Assembly (NCBI RefSeq): GCF_964355755.1
Contig: NC_092673.1
Location: forward strand, 11,442,948-11,506,947
Length of the DNA stretch: 64,000 nucleotides
Origin: Antedon mediterranea
Taxonomy: Eukaryota; Animalia; Echinodermata
Reading direction: 5' to 3'
In this document: piece by piece, positions 25,634 through 39,659 of the stretch
Position numbering within the stretch: position 1 is the first letter of the stretch
Layout: every line of letters begins with the position of its first letter
The notes under the pieces: model-generated
Databases searched by the model: none
What the model was told of the DNA's origin: nothing
The model's input: only the letters and a program-made list of their open reading frames with translations
Program-made: the position numbers and the translations under genes

Positions 25634-26651
25634 AATACTGTACATAGTCCTTTATGCATTAGACATTGATTTAGTAGTACTACATATCATTTGTTATATT
25701 AAGAATGTTGTTTTAGTATTATTAAAATACTTATCGAATTTTTTTGAAAATAAAAATATTAGTATTGGTACCTATAAATTTATATATTATAATAACATGC
25801 TAGATGTTATAATAATGTGATCTTTATTACAACTAAGAAACAGTTATGTACGAGGATGATACACACTGATAGTTCTCAGTTATCAAAAAACGACTACACA
25901 ATATAGCTCACATGCCACACCACACGAGACGCGACACACCAGCGGGATTATGAAACGCCGTTGCTGCCTTCTTCGGTTCATTCACCATTCGGCCCTTTAC
26001 CATTACTTTGACTCTTTCACCATTATTTTTTTTCACGCTGCTGCTCTAGCCCGCTACGTCACACGAGATGATTCATTCATTAGATGAAATCAAGCAGCAG
26101 TATAGTACTACACTTTGACATTTTTGTTAAAATGGAAACTCGACTATAATTTATAGGTACCACCTGTTGAATCCGAAAAACGGCTGGGAAAAGAGTCTAA
26201 TGACAAATCCCAAAGCATTTCTGGTATTTATGAGTCCCATGATATTACTATAATTCACTGTCAGATAATCATTGAATTATTATCAAAACCGTCCATTGAA
26301 GTTTTTGTTTGTAATAGGATACTTGAAGTATCTAGGCTTGATGAAGTGACCCTCAGACTTGACCTTTGAATAACAATAAGCAAGCAGCGTTTTTTGTAAG
26401 AAATATTCTTGTTTATTCAGGTATATAGTAAAAAATATGCAGCCCGAAGGATGAAATTGTTGATTTACACAAAAATTTATATGGAAATACAAATATTTAA
26501 AAAATACAAAACATTAAAAAAATTGAAAAATCAGTTAAAAATTTAAGTTGTGTTAAAAACTTAATAAAATTTAGATACACATGCATATATATATTTCTTT
26601 TATTCCTGTCCACCCAGACAGCATTTTATGACTTTATCCAAATTCCTTCAC

Positions 26652-26793
26652 TTGCCCGAAAGCTCTGCTAACTTTTCTGGCTGTTTTACTTTATCGTTTT
26701 GATTTAGCTTTTCGCTTTTTTTTTGTATCTCCATTGAGATCCAGCCACTGATACCCACAGCATTGTCATTTTTTCAGTAATTTGCCTTTGGAT
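26652..26793 (+). mobile_element. Penelope-like pLTR fragment, copy 2 (5'-truncated inside the hammerhead)
   Basis: Begins TTGCCCGAAAGCTCTGC, has a single 48-bp unit, and ends GCCTTTGGAT followed by (TA)n. Confidence 0.75.
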
Positions 26794-26957
26794 TATATAT
26801 ATATAACTACTAATTTTTTAAATATTTATTTATTTCATATTTCATGACCAAAAACAGGACCGACGCAGCCCGTAACACACACACACAAAATAAATATAAA
26901 AATCAAATTCTGCAATTAACAATTTATGATAAATAAAGATAGTAAAGATATATTAAA

Positions 26958-27704
26958 CGCCGTGGTTAGGATTCCGGCACCGGAACTCAACTTCCCAACG
27001 TTAGGGATTCCGACACGCTATTGCGCATGCCCAGAGCGAGGTAATCGGCGACTCTATACTTATCAACAGCGATGGATTATTTCATAGCTGCGCCACACGG
27101 CGAACTAGCCTAGATGCCTTCTAATATGGGATCCACTAATCTAGGCTAGGGCTACCAGTTAGACTACGTGACCAGTGGGCCTATAGTATTTATTTTGTAA
27201 TTAAAAAGTGGTTGCTTCATTCATATATAAAATTCATATCATTATGAATTATATAAATACATGACTAGTTTTATGATTTTTCATAACGCATTATACTGTA
27301 CATATACAACATGCAATCACAAGTTGATTTGTTGACGGCAGCCACCGCGTGGATGTGAAAAAACTGTTCGGGAAGTCAGGGTCGCAACGCTAAAAACAGC
27401 ATTACGATTCTTAGATAGATACTGATACTTATTAATATCATAATTATTTTAACGCGTGGCGTAGTCATATTTTAATTATTAATTCATGTATGGCATAGGC
27501 CAAGTTTCATCCATCGCTCTCTCGCTCGCGCAACGACTATCTAGGCTACAGTAAATCCCTATAACACTCCGACTCTCCGTGGTGTGGCACTATTATTAGT
27601 GCAAGCTATAATTCACTTCCCAGAGCTCTGGGCATGCGCAATAGCGTGTCGGATTCCCTAACGGTGGGCAGTTGAGTTCCGGTGCCGGAATCCTAACCAC
27701 GGCG
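26958..27704. mobile_element. MULE/Mutator-like MITE
   Basis: ~80-bp TIRs CGCCGTGGTTAGGATTCCGGCACCGGAACTCAAC...; 9-bp TSD TATATTAAA at 26949-26957 and 27705-27713. Confidence 0.85.
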
Positions 27705-27946
27705 TATATTAAATTGTCCCCCTGAACAATTTGGTGATTAACCTACATTAAGAATACAAGAAGACTATAAATTGCAAAAATCTTCATTTGGGGTTTTTTT
27801 TTGGGGGGGGGGGGGGGGAGAGGGGGGGGGGGGGGGTTAAATACATCTTTAATAAGTTTGATTTCAGTTCACCATATATACACAACTTATATGATTCTAC
27901 ACCCAAATGTAAATATGTATAAAAAATATAAGCGATCATATTTCTA

Positions 27947-28350
27947 TCAGAATTGCCTAACATGAGAAGACAATATTTCGGCACACAATATAAAAAAGTA
28001 TGGTGACAGAGGGCATCCTTGTCGGAGCCATCTTGATAGATTAAAAAAATTAGATGAATAACCATTATTAATCACACAGCTACAAGCGCCGGTATAAAAC
28101 ACATTTATCCATTTTCTAAAATCCTTCCCAAAATTATAATAAGATAAAACCTTATCTAAATATTTCCATTCAATTTTATCGAAGGTTTTTTTCAAAATCC
28201 AAATCAAGAATCATACCTGGTATTTTTTCGCAATCTGTGTAATGTATAATATCCAAAACTAATCGGATGTTTTCACCGATGTATCTCCCTTTCATAAAGC
28301 CGGTCTGATCGGGATCTATTATTAAGAAGAGAACTTTCTTAAGCAATTTT
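27947..28350 (-). mobile_element. L1/Tx1-clade reverse transcriptase relic (frameshifted)
   Basis: IIDPDQTGFMKGRYIGENIRLVLDII..LDFEK / FDKIEWKYL..VINNGYSSNFF..RQGCPLSPYFFILCAEILS. Confidence 0.9.
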
Positions 28351-31059
28351 TTGCTGTCTGTCGGCAAAGTGGCGTTCACCTACTTTACCATTTGCCACCC
28401 CAGTTCCGCGAACTTTTTTGCATCTACGCCCTCTACGGCGAATAATTAACTGGCTTTAACGAACGTTATAACACTTGACCTACTTATTTTTTTTTTTAAA
28501 TGCTGTAGTTTTAAAAATGAGATATGCCTTATGTAATATTGTTTATGTTAGCATGTTGCAAAGCAATGAAACAAAACCTAGGTCTACTATTCAAGTGTAG
28601 TTTACCATTTTATTCAAGTATACAGTATGATTATTTTGCAATACCATTAAATTGGAAGGAATTAATTAAAACCTCCTCTAAATACCTGGAAGATAAGTTT
28701 AAACCCACCTGACATTGAATCAGTTTAAAATCATAATTAGAAGTTATGAACACTGCATGTGTACATTTTTAATTTATAATTATTATATTAATAATTAATA
28801 TTGTGTAAATAAACAAAAATAAACAAATTAAAAGAATAAATGTTTTATACAGTTCTCGGCTAAATTTTACTTGGAAAAACAAATATCGATAATGAATATG
28901 TTATATACAGTAGAACCAAAACGAGGGCAATTATGTTTTAACTCTACATCCAACCCCTACTCAAGGGACACCACTATCAAGGGACAATATCAAATAATTC
29001 TATTCATTTTATTGTTAATAATAAAAACATTAATTATTATAATACTTTCTATTGACAGTTTTTTATTGGTGCAATGTTTCCTGCTGAATTTTAAATTTTT
29101 CTCAATTTCTTGAGTTCACATCACTGTACTGTAGTTGTTCATTTTGGTATATTTGTTTTTTTCCTGCAAAAATCCATATTAAGTTTTGGTCAGTGTCCCT
29201 TCCTATTAAGGGGACAATTATTTATAATTAAATAAGTAAATTGGTATTTAACATGCAAATGCATCTAAGAAAAAAGGTCCATGGCCATAATTAGATAATT
29301 ATACAAAAATACAATATATACTATAAAAAGTATAGTAAATGTTACTATATTTGTTTTACTTTTTTGATTTTAAATAAAAATTTTGCGTTTATAACATGAG
29401 TAATATTTATATTTTATCCCAACCAAAGTCTAGTTTCTTTATTATACACATTATGTTACAAAAACAATTACAATCTGTAAGTTTCTGAATCATTCATAGA
29501 TCTAATCCATCAGCGATTTAAATTTGGTATTTTATAATAAAAACATGGTGGAAAACAGCTGGCTGAAACATACAACAAGAACAAACAGCTGGCTGAAACA
29601 TACAACAAGAACAAAAATAGCTACTCAAATAATTATAGCCTTTATAGTCTCGTGATATTTTTATACCAAACAAAACAATATTAAAACTCCGAATCACAAT
29701 ACTTATGGTTATGTCAAACTCCAATAACCATAAACTATGACTATATTATACTACACAATTACTCTTGGTACTACAATGCAAAAATAACAACAAAATTTAA
29801 AATTTCTAATAAATTTTCACTCATGCACCATATATAAATCCATCTATATTTAAAATACAGGTTATGTACAAAAGTTCCAGTCCACAATACAATACAAGGT
29901 TTTAGGAAATCATTTTCTATACTGTTCTATTCTCTCATGAAACCTTGCAGAAAAGAAATGACCTGCATTTTAAAACAGAAATCAAAATAATATTAAAAAA
30001 TACACAACAGTATAAGTATATTATATTGTTAATTGTATTCATTCGTTCTTTTGGCTTTCTGTGTAGTGTCACATTTATATTCTCAAATTTTAATTTAAGT
30101 ATTATGCTACTATCACAAAATAACTCTTAACATGGTTGCATTGTTGAATTAAAATATATTTCCCAAATTAAATTGTTAACATACATTTATTTTATTTACC
30201 TTATCACTTGTATCTCTCATTAATTGTGAACAAAATGCACCATCATTCAGATCACAGGTTTAAATATTGAAAGAAAAACAAAAGTAGTAAAAAAGTAACA
30301 TTGTCATACAGAATATTTCTTGGCTTGGATTATGATGTTTTGGATAAACTAATACAGTACCTAATAAACAATAATAAATTATTATTGCAAAATTTAAGAT
30401 ATACTGTCCCTCTGAAAAATTGTTAAATTTGTTTGTTGAATATGCCATTTTAATGTCACACAATAGTTATTCACTTTGACAAAAAATTGGATTGAAAACA
30501 AAAATATTTACCTAGAAAAACTGTAATTTAAAGCAAAAAAAGAGTCAAATTGTCTGCGGTTTTTGGTTGAATTTAACAGTTAATTTTGTCTTTGTTTGCT
30601 TGTTTTATAATTAATTTTTTCGGAGGAAAATACGTCTTTAAATCATAGTGTAGTCTTACAGTATTTCATTCATCTTAAATCAAAGTGTAATTGTTCGAAA
30701 ACCAATCATAATGTACAAAAAAATGATTTCATCAATGTTACATAGTCACATAATGTTCATCTAGTATTTTGTATGTATAAATAAGTACTTTCAAATTTGA
30801 CACAAACTACAATAGGTTTACAGTAATCAAGGCAATCTTACAACAGGAGGCTGAGCTTGACTTGCCAAGATAGGCTATTGCAACAGACTTTGATCTGTGG
30901 TTAGGCTTCGACGAATTCATACAAAGTCGTTGAATTCTAGGCTATGTATACCATACGTTTAATTGTTTTTATTGCTATTTTATTTATATTTCATAAAAGT
31001 ATTTATCTTTTAGCATTGGATGTTATAATGATTAAATGGTTATAATGATGGTAAAATAA

Positions 31060-31250
31060 TATCGGACTAGCATATGATTCGAGTTCTATCTGTACCATAC
31101 TAATTGTATCCTCAGGCAAGATGCTTTACTCCCATTGCCTTGTCCTTCGGTTGGTTGGTTGGTCCCGTGTACATATAGTGCATGTTAAACAACTTGGTAC
31201 ACTATTCGAAAAGAGGTGGGGATCAACTCCAGTGTGCTGATCTGGTAGGC
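31060..31250 (+). mobile_element. Degenerate tRNA-derived SINE with a MetaSINE-like central domain
   Basis: B-box-like GATTCGAGTTC, then GTATCCTCAGGCAAGATGCTTTACTCCCATTGCCT, then GGTCCCGTGTAC..CATGTTAAA..TTCGAAAAGAG. The family call is from recalled consensus only. Confidence 0.5.
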
Positions 31251-31945
31251 GTTTATGCAATTTGATGTATATTTCTTGTAGTTTTATTTTATCAGTTCTT
31301 CTGAGTTTTTCATTTTTTTTCCGTGAATTGAAATTATGTTTACAATGTTGACATTAAAATTGGTCAATCGAAAATCATTCAAGCATTTAGGGGCAGGGAC
31401 TGATTGTGTCGCAAATAGAGATAAAAATTGTGATCTGGTTGAGCTTAACGTTCTGTTGTTTGATTGCCTTGGTTTAATGATGGGAGTTATTGTTTTATTG
31501 ATTAAGTATTGTGAACTGACAAGTGTAACTATATGTTGCCATTTATAAAACATTCCTAAAGTTTTTGTGTGGTAATTATGAATATTGTAACTATGAACAA
31601 ATAACTATACATATAATATATAATTAATACCTTCATTATACTAGATACCTTAGGTTATACTTCATTTTTTATAAATTATGTCTTTAAAAATAAAAAGGTT
31701 TAATTTTCTAAACCACCAGATACAAACTAATAGTACAGTATGATTTGTTTATAGCTTGAGATGAATAAGTACTACAAGTAAAATAAGATATGCCATATAT
31801 CATGTACATTTTATCATTATTTTTAAATCAAACACAAAATCAATTTTAAGACATATGCATACAATATTCTTCCTCATTTGAAAGACAATTTTCACATTTC
31901 ACATACAAATTCTTATGTATTGATGGAATCAAATTATTATCTAAT

Positions 31946-32824
31946 TTATGTGGACTTTCCACATGCAGAGCTAACATAGTTTTTCTGTATAGAAACTAGA
32001 TCTGCAAAGGGATCTGGCTGTTCTTTAGCTGGTGAAGTTTGAAATGGGTTTGTACTGTTTGATATAGTATTTGTTTGACCATTAGCTAGCGATAACAAAG
32101 TAGTAGTAGACTGTGGCTGACCAGAGTATGGCTGATGGACTGAGCTCATTATATTTGATACATACTGGCTATTAGGCTCACTGTAATAATTTGCTGACTG
32201 TGGTACTGTTATACTCTGTCCAAATGGATTTGTTTCAGTGGAAGGAGCAGTGTATGTATTCAAGTTTGGACTGCTGTTATTTGGGCGCATCACATTTTGT
32301 CTTGCTGGTGGCATTAAAGGTCCAGTTCTTTGTGCTTCATTGAATATCTCACGCAACATATTTTCAGTAGCAGTTGGGCTAGCAGCAGTTGGGCTAGCAG
32401 TAGTGGGGCTAGCAACAGTAGAGCTTGCAAAAATGGGGCTAGTGCCAGTTTCATTACTAAATTTATAATCGGCAAAGTTGTCTGCAAATGCTGTAAGTTT
32501 GTTTGCGGATTTTGATGTACGTAGAGTTATTTCCTTTGAAACAGGATCCAATGAATTAAAATCTGATATATTAATTAATGAATCGTATGTACATGCATTT
32601 TTATTTATATTTATTTGAGAGAAATTTGATGACATACTCCTTGTCGGTAATTTTGCATGTGGAGATTTTTTAGGTCGACGTGGAGGAGCAGCAGGAGGTT
32701 GAGATGACAACATGCTCTGTTCAAGTAATGTGGTAGATTTGGATGATTCACTTGTTAAGTTGTTCGAGTTTAACTTTTTTTTTCTTGGCATTGGAATTGG
32801 AGAACCAGAAAGTTTCTTGTCATC
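31946..32824 (-). CDS. DENND1: DENND1-like terminal coding exon (Ser/Pro-rich tail with FxDxF, NPF x2, DPF)
   Basis: Acceptor TTCTAG|GAT GAC AAG; 879 nt open to TAA; phase 0 matches the upstream exon. Confidence 0.85.
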   Translation of the reverse strand, partial: DDKKLSGSPIPMPRKKKLNSNNLTSESSKSTTLLEQSMLSSQPPAAPPRRPKKSPHAKLPTRSMSSNFSQININKNACTYDSLINISDFNSLDPVSKEITLRTSKSANKLTAFADNFADYKFSNETGTSPIFASSTVASPTTASPTAASPTATENMLREIFNEAQRTGPLMPPARQNVMRPNNSSPNLNTYTAPSTETNPFGQSITVPQSANYYSEPNSQYVSNIMSSVHQPYSGQPQSTTTLLSLANGQTNTISNSTNPFQTSPAKEQPDPFADLVSIQKNYVSSACGKST

Positions 32825-33140
32825 CTAGAAAATGTGTAAATATTATTTTACAAAACAATAAATATGAGAAAACAATATAACAGACATATTTCTTTCATCC
32901 TATCATAATTGCTAGCCATTTTCAACCCATTGCAAGGTGAATGCCTCTCCAAGTTGACAATTGTCGATACTAACAATAATTAGTGCATCTTTTTGGAAAA
33001 TATTTTTCCTTAATATAAATTAAATTATATTCATTTTTGTTTAATTACATTCAATATTAAATTTTACAAAAAAAAAAAAAACTTTCTCGATGCTCGAAAT
33101 GCGGAAGAAGTTTTAGTTTAAAAATAATCAATTGACTTAC

Positions 33141-33288
33141 TTCTGTGTAAGAGCTCTCAGAGCTTGAGTCTGTGCTGTTTTTATCACGTTGTAGTATTGC
33201 ATTCATCTCTTTCTTACTAAATAGTGGTTCACAATCCATAATCTCATTAAAATCAGTGTCAAATTCAATTGGTTTGTAAGACTTAATT
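33141..33288 (-). CDS. DENND1: DENND1-like exon (IKSYKPIEFDTDF...SSYTE)
   Basis: CACAG| ... |GTAAGT; 148 nt; phases compatible on both sides. Confidence 0.85.
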
Positions 33289-33767
33289 CTGTGAGAATAA
33301 AAATACCATTTTCTATTTATAAACAAAATGCCTTGATTATAAACAATAAATTTATTGTTAAAAAGCTTTGTTTTATAATTACAGTCGTAAAGAATAATTA
33401 CTGTACATCATTACAACTTCATAATTTTACTGTATTTATCAAATGTGACTACATTGATTTGTAAAAAAAGTAAAAAAATAAATACAATATGCTAACGTCA
33501 TCATATGCAGACTGTATAGAAACTACAAGGCCATTTAAATTATTGCAGAACATAAAATGAAAAAGAAGCGACAAGTTGCTTAGCGATATTGTTCTACATC
33601 TCTTGGCATCCATGGATCAATGAAGATGTATAAAAGTCAAAAACCATTTTATTTCTTCAGTTAAGTGCATTGCATAATTGCTAAATCCGCCGTCATTATC
33701 ATCAATTAAGACAATCCAGACATTTTATATTCTATGTTCTAGGAAAGAGAAAAATAAATGTACTCAC

Positions 33768-33868
33768 TTTTCACCAACAGAAATCTTATGTGTCAGATCT
33801 TTTGGAGTGATTGCAACCGTTCTGGGTCGTTGCGAGGTCATCCCTGATGGATAGTGGGGCTTGGTAGA
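33768..33868 (-). CDS. DENND1: DENND1-like exon (STKPHYPSGMTSQRPRTVAITPKDLTHKISVGE)
   Basis: CTTAG| ... |GTGAGT; 101 nt; its end phase matches the next exon. Confidence 0.8.
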
Positions 33869-35230
33869 CTAAGCCAAAAAAACCAACAAATTTAACATTA
33901 ACTACGGTAGATACAATGATTTATTTACTTACAGAATAATGGGTTTTGATACAGATATTACCCTTTTATTCCCCATTCTACAGTAAATCCCTAAACAAAT
34001 TTGTGGGCCTATGAATATCAAACTCACAGTGCCGATCTAGATTTATTTTGAAGATAAGTAGCTTCCACAATAGGTACGTAATTTATTTCACATTTCAATT
34101 GGTTGTTAAGAGACAAAATTTATCCTTATGTTCTGAACACAGCTGTTTTCAATGAATTTGATATTTATGTCGTCAGGTATCTTGTGTCATCATAACAAAT
34201 TTATTTGAATCAATTTTGTTACGTGAAATGATTATTTTAGTAGTTTCTATAAGGTCTCTATGGCTGTGTTTATACAACACCCTAAATGTGACCACATCTT
34301 TTTAGCGTGTAGTACGGGCCGAGGTCAACCCCCAAAAAACTTTGCAGTTATACAATAAATAATAATACCGTGTTTTACCCTACTTCATAAACCCAAGTTG
34401 TATTTTCCTAACATACGTGCATGTTTAAAAAAAATTAAATATCCGTAAAATTATAAACATGATCACCTATAACTCTTCAAAGCGACGAATTAAATTCTAG
34501 TTATATATTGTTTTTGACTTTTTTATTCATAACTTTTATATATTTTTTCGTTTTTAATATGAATTGTAAATATCAAATCCTATATTTTTATATACATTGA
34601 TTGCAATAAAGATAATTTTTATTTTTATTTTTGATCATAGGAATATTACAAGAGAAAATAGTATGTGTTTTTTGTGATTCCTGTGTGTTAGAGGACAGAA
34701 CCCATTTCCTTTGTGCCTGAGAAATGAATATATTCTATTATATTCTAAATTTATCTTTGTAAATTATAACCTGCTGATTGTATTGTTGTTGTAAGTGTTA
34801 TATGAATATGACAACAATATTAATAGAATATGTTTCTTATTAATTTATTTAGATAAAGCATTTTAAAAAAGAAAAATATTTTATGTCTGTTTAAAAAGAA
34901 AAGAGAAAGAAAGAAAAAATCAATCAAAACAGATTTATTTACACACTGCATTGTACAATTCATTGTATTCCTGGTGAGCATACGGTACCCAAAATGTAAC
35001 TACAGTTAGCACTGAATAGTCAAATAAATTGGTACACTCTATATAATTATTTACCGTCAATGGCAATAAGTTTGTATGATGTTGGGTATGCATTTTCATA
35101 TTAACTTGCTTAAATAAATAATATATTATCCTGCATTAGTGATTAGTTTTTTACTTATTAATATTTGTTCAATATCAACTTTATTTGCTTTTTCATGCTA
35201 TTGTGACTACACTATGTTTTTGTAACTCAC

Positions 35231-35338
35231 CCTTCTTAAATATGGACTTGATGTTGGTGAACTTGGGTTACTTCTTCTTGCAGGCATTGGTCCTGAAATC
35301 TTAAGATGCTGAATAGAATAGCCTGTATCTAAATCATC
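35231..35338 (-). CDS. DENND1: DENND1-like exon (DDLDTGYSIQHLKISGPMPARRSNPSSPTSSPYLRR)
   Basis: TTTCAG| ... |GTGAGT; 108 nt, phase 0/0. Confidence 0.8.
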
Positions 35339-36195
35339 CTGAAATCAAACATAAACAGTATATTCATAAGCATATAAAAAAAGGGAGGAGAGTTGGGGAG
35401 ATTTGGTAGGATACAGCACCAAAGGGCTACTGCCACGCCTAGTACTTTTTGTGGGGGAATATAATATAAAACCTATACTGTATAGGCCTATATTAAGAAA
35501 TGTGTAATGATTGTTTTAGCCATGTTTAGTTACGTGATTTCAATGTTTGTTACAAGTGATTTCAGCGGTTTCCCTTATTGGGTCACACCAAACAAATTCA
35601 AATAAATGAATTGATTAAAATGCCATCAAATTAAAAAAACTGAGTGAAGAGTGGCCAAAATAGTGGTGGTGGTAAAACCAAAATATGTATTTAATATTTA
35701 TATTTGTAGTAAAAGCAAGTAAACACACTAAGAAGCAAAGACAGATATTCAAACCACTGGAATATTTTATTGATTAAAGTTCTATTATATTGGTAAGGTC
35801 CTCGAAAACTGACTGCATTTTTCTTGACAAAATATGCTTCTTTTTGTCGAGTCGTTTCAAACAACTATATATAAACATATGCAGAATTTCCATATTGTTA
35901 CTTTGTTCTAAATATATATTTTTTGCTGCACTATTGTGCTGCAATTTTGTTTAAATATTAAACAAATTATGTATTGAAAAATAATACAATCAAATAATAA
36001 CCAAAAAGAAATCGAAATAAAGGTATTGCAAAAAAATGAAAATTAGTAGTATCATTTTAATTAGCAAAAAGGCTTTAAAAACTGTAATTTTTCATTACAA
36101 TTAAAATATTATATGAAATTGTTTTACAAAACATGAAAAAATTGAATATGAATAATAGTTGAAAGGTTTGGTATGCAAAAGGAAATTCAAAAAGA

Positions 36196-38395
36196 GGCAT
36201 ACCAATAATAAACCATAAACAAATTTGGCATACCGATAATAAACCATAAACAAATTTGGCATACCGATAATAAACCATAAACAAATTTGGCATACCGATA
36301 ATAAACCATAAACAAATTTGGCATACCGATAATAAACCATAAACAAATTTGGCATACCGATAATAAACCATAAACAAATTTGGCATACCGATAATAAACC
36401 ATAAACAAATTTGGCATACCGATAATAAACCATAAACAAATTTGGCATAACGATAATAAACCATAAACAAATTTGGCATACAGATAATAAACCATAAACA
36501 AATTTGGCATACCGATAATAAACCATAAACAAATTTGGCATACCGATAATAAACCATAAACAAATTTGGCATACTGATAATAAACCATAAACAAATTTGG
36601 CATACCGATAATAAACCATAAACAAATTTGGCATACCGATAATAAACCATAAACAAATTTGGCATACCGATAATAAACCATAAACAAATTTGGCATACCG
36701 ATAATAAACCATAAACAAATTTGGCATACCGATAATAAAACATAAACAAATTTGGCATAACGATAATAAACCATAAACAAATTTGGCATACCGATAATAA
36801 ACCATAAACAAATTTGGCATACCGATAATAAACCATAAACAAATTTGGCATACCGATAATAAACCATAAACAAATTTGGCATACCGATAATAAACCATAA
36901 ACAAATTTGGCATATCGATAATAAACCATAAACAAATTTGGCATCCGATAATAAACCATAAACAAATTTGGCATACCGATAATAAACCATAAACAAATTT
37001 GGCATACCGATAATAAACCATAAACAAATTTGGCATACCGATAATAAACCATAAACAAATTTGGCATACCGATAATAAACCATAAACAAATTTGGCATAC
37101 CGATAATAAACCATAAACAAATTTGGCATACCGATAATAAACCATAAACAAATTTGGCATACCGATAATAAACCATAAACAAATTTGGCATACCGATAAT
37201 AAACCATAAACAAATTTGGCATACCGATAATAAAACATAAACAAATTTGGCATAACGATAATAAACCATAAACAAATTTGGCATACCGATAATAAACCAT
37301 AAACAAATTTGGCATACCGATAATAAACCATAAACAAATTTGGCATACCGATAATAAACCATAAACAAATTTGGCATACCGATAATAAACCATAAACAAA
37401 TTTGGCATACCGATAATAAACCATAAACAAATTTGGCATACCGATAATAAACCCTAAACAAATTTGGCATACCGATAATAAACCATAAACAAATTTGGCA
37501 TAACGATAATAAACCATAAACAAATTTGGCATACCGATAATAAACCATAAACAAATTTGGCATACCGATAATAAACCATAAACAAATTTGGCATACCGAT
37601 AATAAACCATAAACAAATTTGGCATATCGATAATAAACCATAAACAAATTTGGCATACCGATAATAAACCATAAACAAATTTGGCATACCGATAATAAAC
37701 CATAAACAAATTTGGCATACCGATAATAAACCATAAACAAATTTGGCATACCGATAATAAACCATAAACAAATTTGGCATACCGATAATAAACCATAAAC
37801 AAATTTGGCATACCGATAATAAACCATAAACAAATTTGGCATACCGATAATAAAACATAAACAAATTTGGCATAACGATAATAAACCATAAACAAATTTG
37901 GCATACCGATAATAAACCATAAACAAATTTGGCATACCGATAATAAACCATAAACAAATTTGGCATACCGATAATAAACCATAAACAAATTTGGCATACC
38001 GATAATAAACCATAAACAAATTTGGCATACCGATAATAAACCATAAACAAATTTGGCATACCGATAATAAACCATAAACAAATTTGGCATACCGATAATA
38101 AACCATAAACAAATTTGGCATACCGATAATAAAACATAAACAAATTTGGCATAACGATAATAAACCATAAACAAATTTGGCATACCGATAATAAACCATT
38201 AAACAAATTTGGCATACCGATAATAAACCATAAACAAATTTGGCATACCGATAATAAACCATAAACAAATTTGGCATATCGATAATAAACCATTAACAAA
38301 TTTGGCATACCGATAATAAACCATAAACAAATTTGGCATACCGATAATAAACCATAAACAAATTTGGCATACCGATAATAAACCATAAACAAATA
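36196..38395. repeat. 31-bp minisatellite, ~71 copies (intronic)
   Basis: Unit GGCATACCGATAATAAACCATAAACAAATTT. Confidence 0.97.
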
Positions 38396-38542
38396 CATAT
38401 AATTGATACAGTATTAATGCTCTAAATTCTCTCACATAAAGCACAAGAGTACTGTATGCATGTGTGGTCTGCCATTTATAAAGTACAATAATATCGGTTT
38501 AGTAATCAGGTACAGAATATAGGGACATTTTGTTGGATTATG

Positions 38543-39069
38543 AAGGTGTCCCTTAATGAGTTATACAGTACTGAAGGTGTCCCTTAATGAGTTATACAGT
38601 ACTGAAGGTGTCCCTTAATGAGTTATACAGTACTGAAGGTGTCCCTTAATGAGTTATACAGTACTGAAGGTGTCCCTTAATGAGTTATACAGTACTGAAG
38701 GTGTCCCTTAATGAGTTATACAGTACTGAAGGTGTCCCTTAATGAGTTATACAGTACTGAAGGTGTCCCTTAATGAGTTATACAGTACTGAAGGTGTCCC
38801 TTAATGAGTTATACAGTACTGAAGGTGTCCCTTAATGAGTTATACAGTACTGAAGGTGTCCCTTAATGAGTTATACAGTACTGAAGGTGTCCCTTAATGA
38901 GTTATACAGTACTGAAGGTGTCCCTTAATGAGTTATACAGTACTGAAGGTGTCCCTTAATGAGTTATACAGTACTGAAGGTGTCCCTTAATGAGTTATAC
39001 AGTACTGAAGGTGTCCCTTAATGAGTTATACAGTACTGAAGGTGTCCCTTAATGAGTTATACAGTACTG
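38543..39069. repeat. Second 31-bp minisatellite, ~17 apparently identical copies
   Basis: Unit GAAGGTGTCCCTTAATGAGTTATACAGTACT. Confidence 0.97.
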
Positions 39070-39659
39070 TTTTTGATAGGAATTAGGACAATCAGTAATT
39101 ACCTTAAAGCTCAGGTACAGGCATGAATTTTAAATATAATATCTGGTTAATTGTACATAAATCAAATATTTGTAACAGAAATAAAGACGAAAAAATATGA
39201 ATTTCCCTTAATATGGTCAAATACAGAATTTGGCAAAATTCTGCCATAAAAAAACAGAAAGACTTTTTTCAGTAGTTGGGTATAGTTTAAACTAATGTAA
39301 AACATGTCTGGTGACTCCCTAGAAGGTGAAAAAAGATGGTGGATATACGGTGGATAATTTTTGCTATAGCATGAAAATAAAAATCTGAAGTAGAATTACC
39401 AGAAATATAAAATTCAAGTTATATTACCTATATTTAGTCATCTGATAACATTTTTTGCCACATTGTTTATTTTTCATAGCTTTTAAAAATGCCTCTCTAT
39501 TTACAAAATTTGTGTACAAAAGAATAGAGATTTTACTGTGTAATTTGAACTATCCCCCCACTGATAAGAAAGTGCTTATTTTCAACAAGCTCGTGTAACA
39601 CAAATAAAATCACAAACAAATTATGAAACATAGGGGAAACTATAGATCGATAATTATTG

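Noticed and set aside
36075-38444. ORFs of 314-702 aa on the minus strand
   Set aside because: They are translations of a 31-bp minisatellite, open in all frames with the same peptide, and lie inside an intron.
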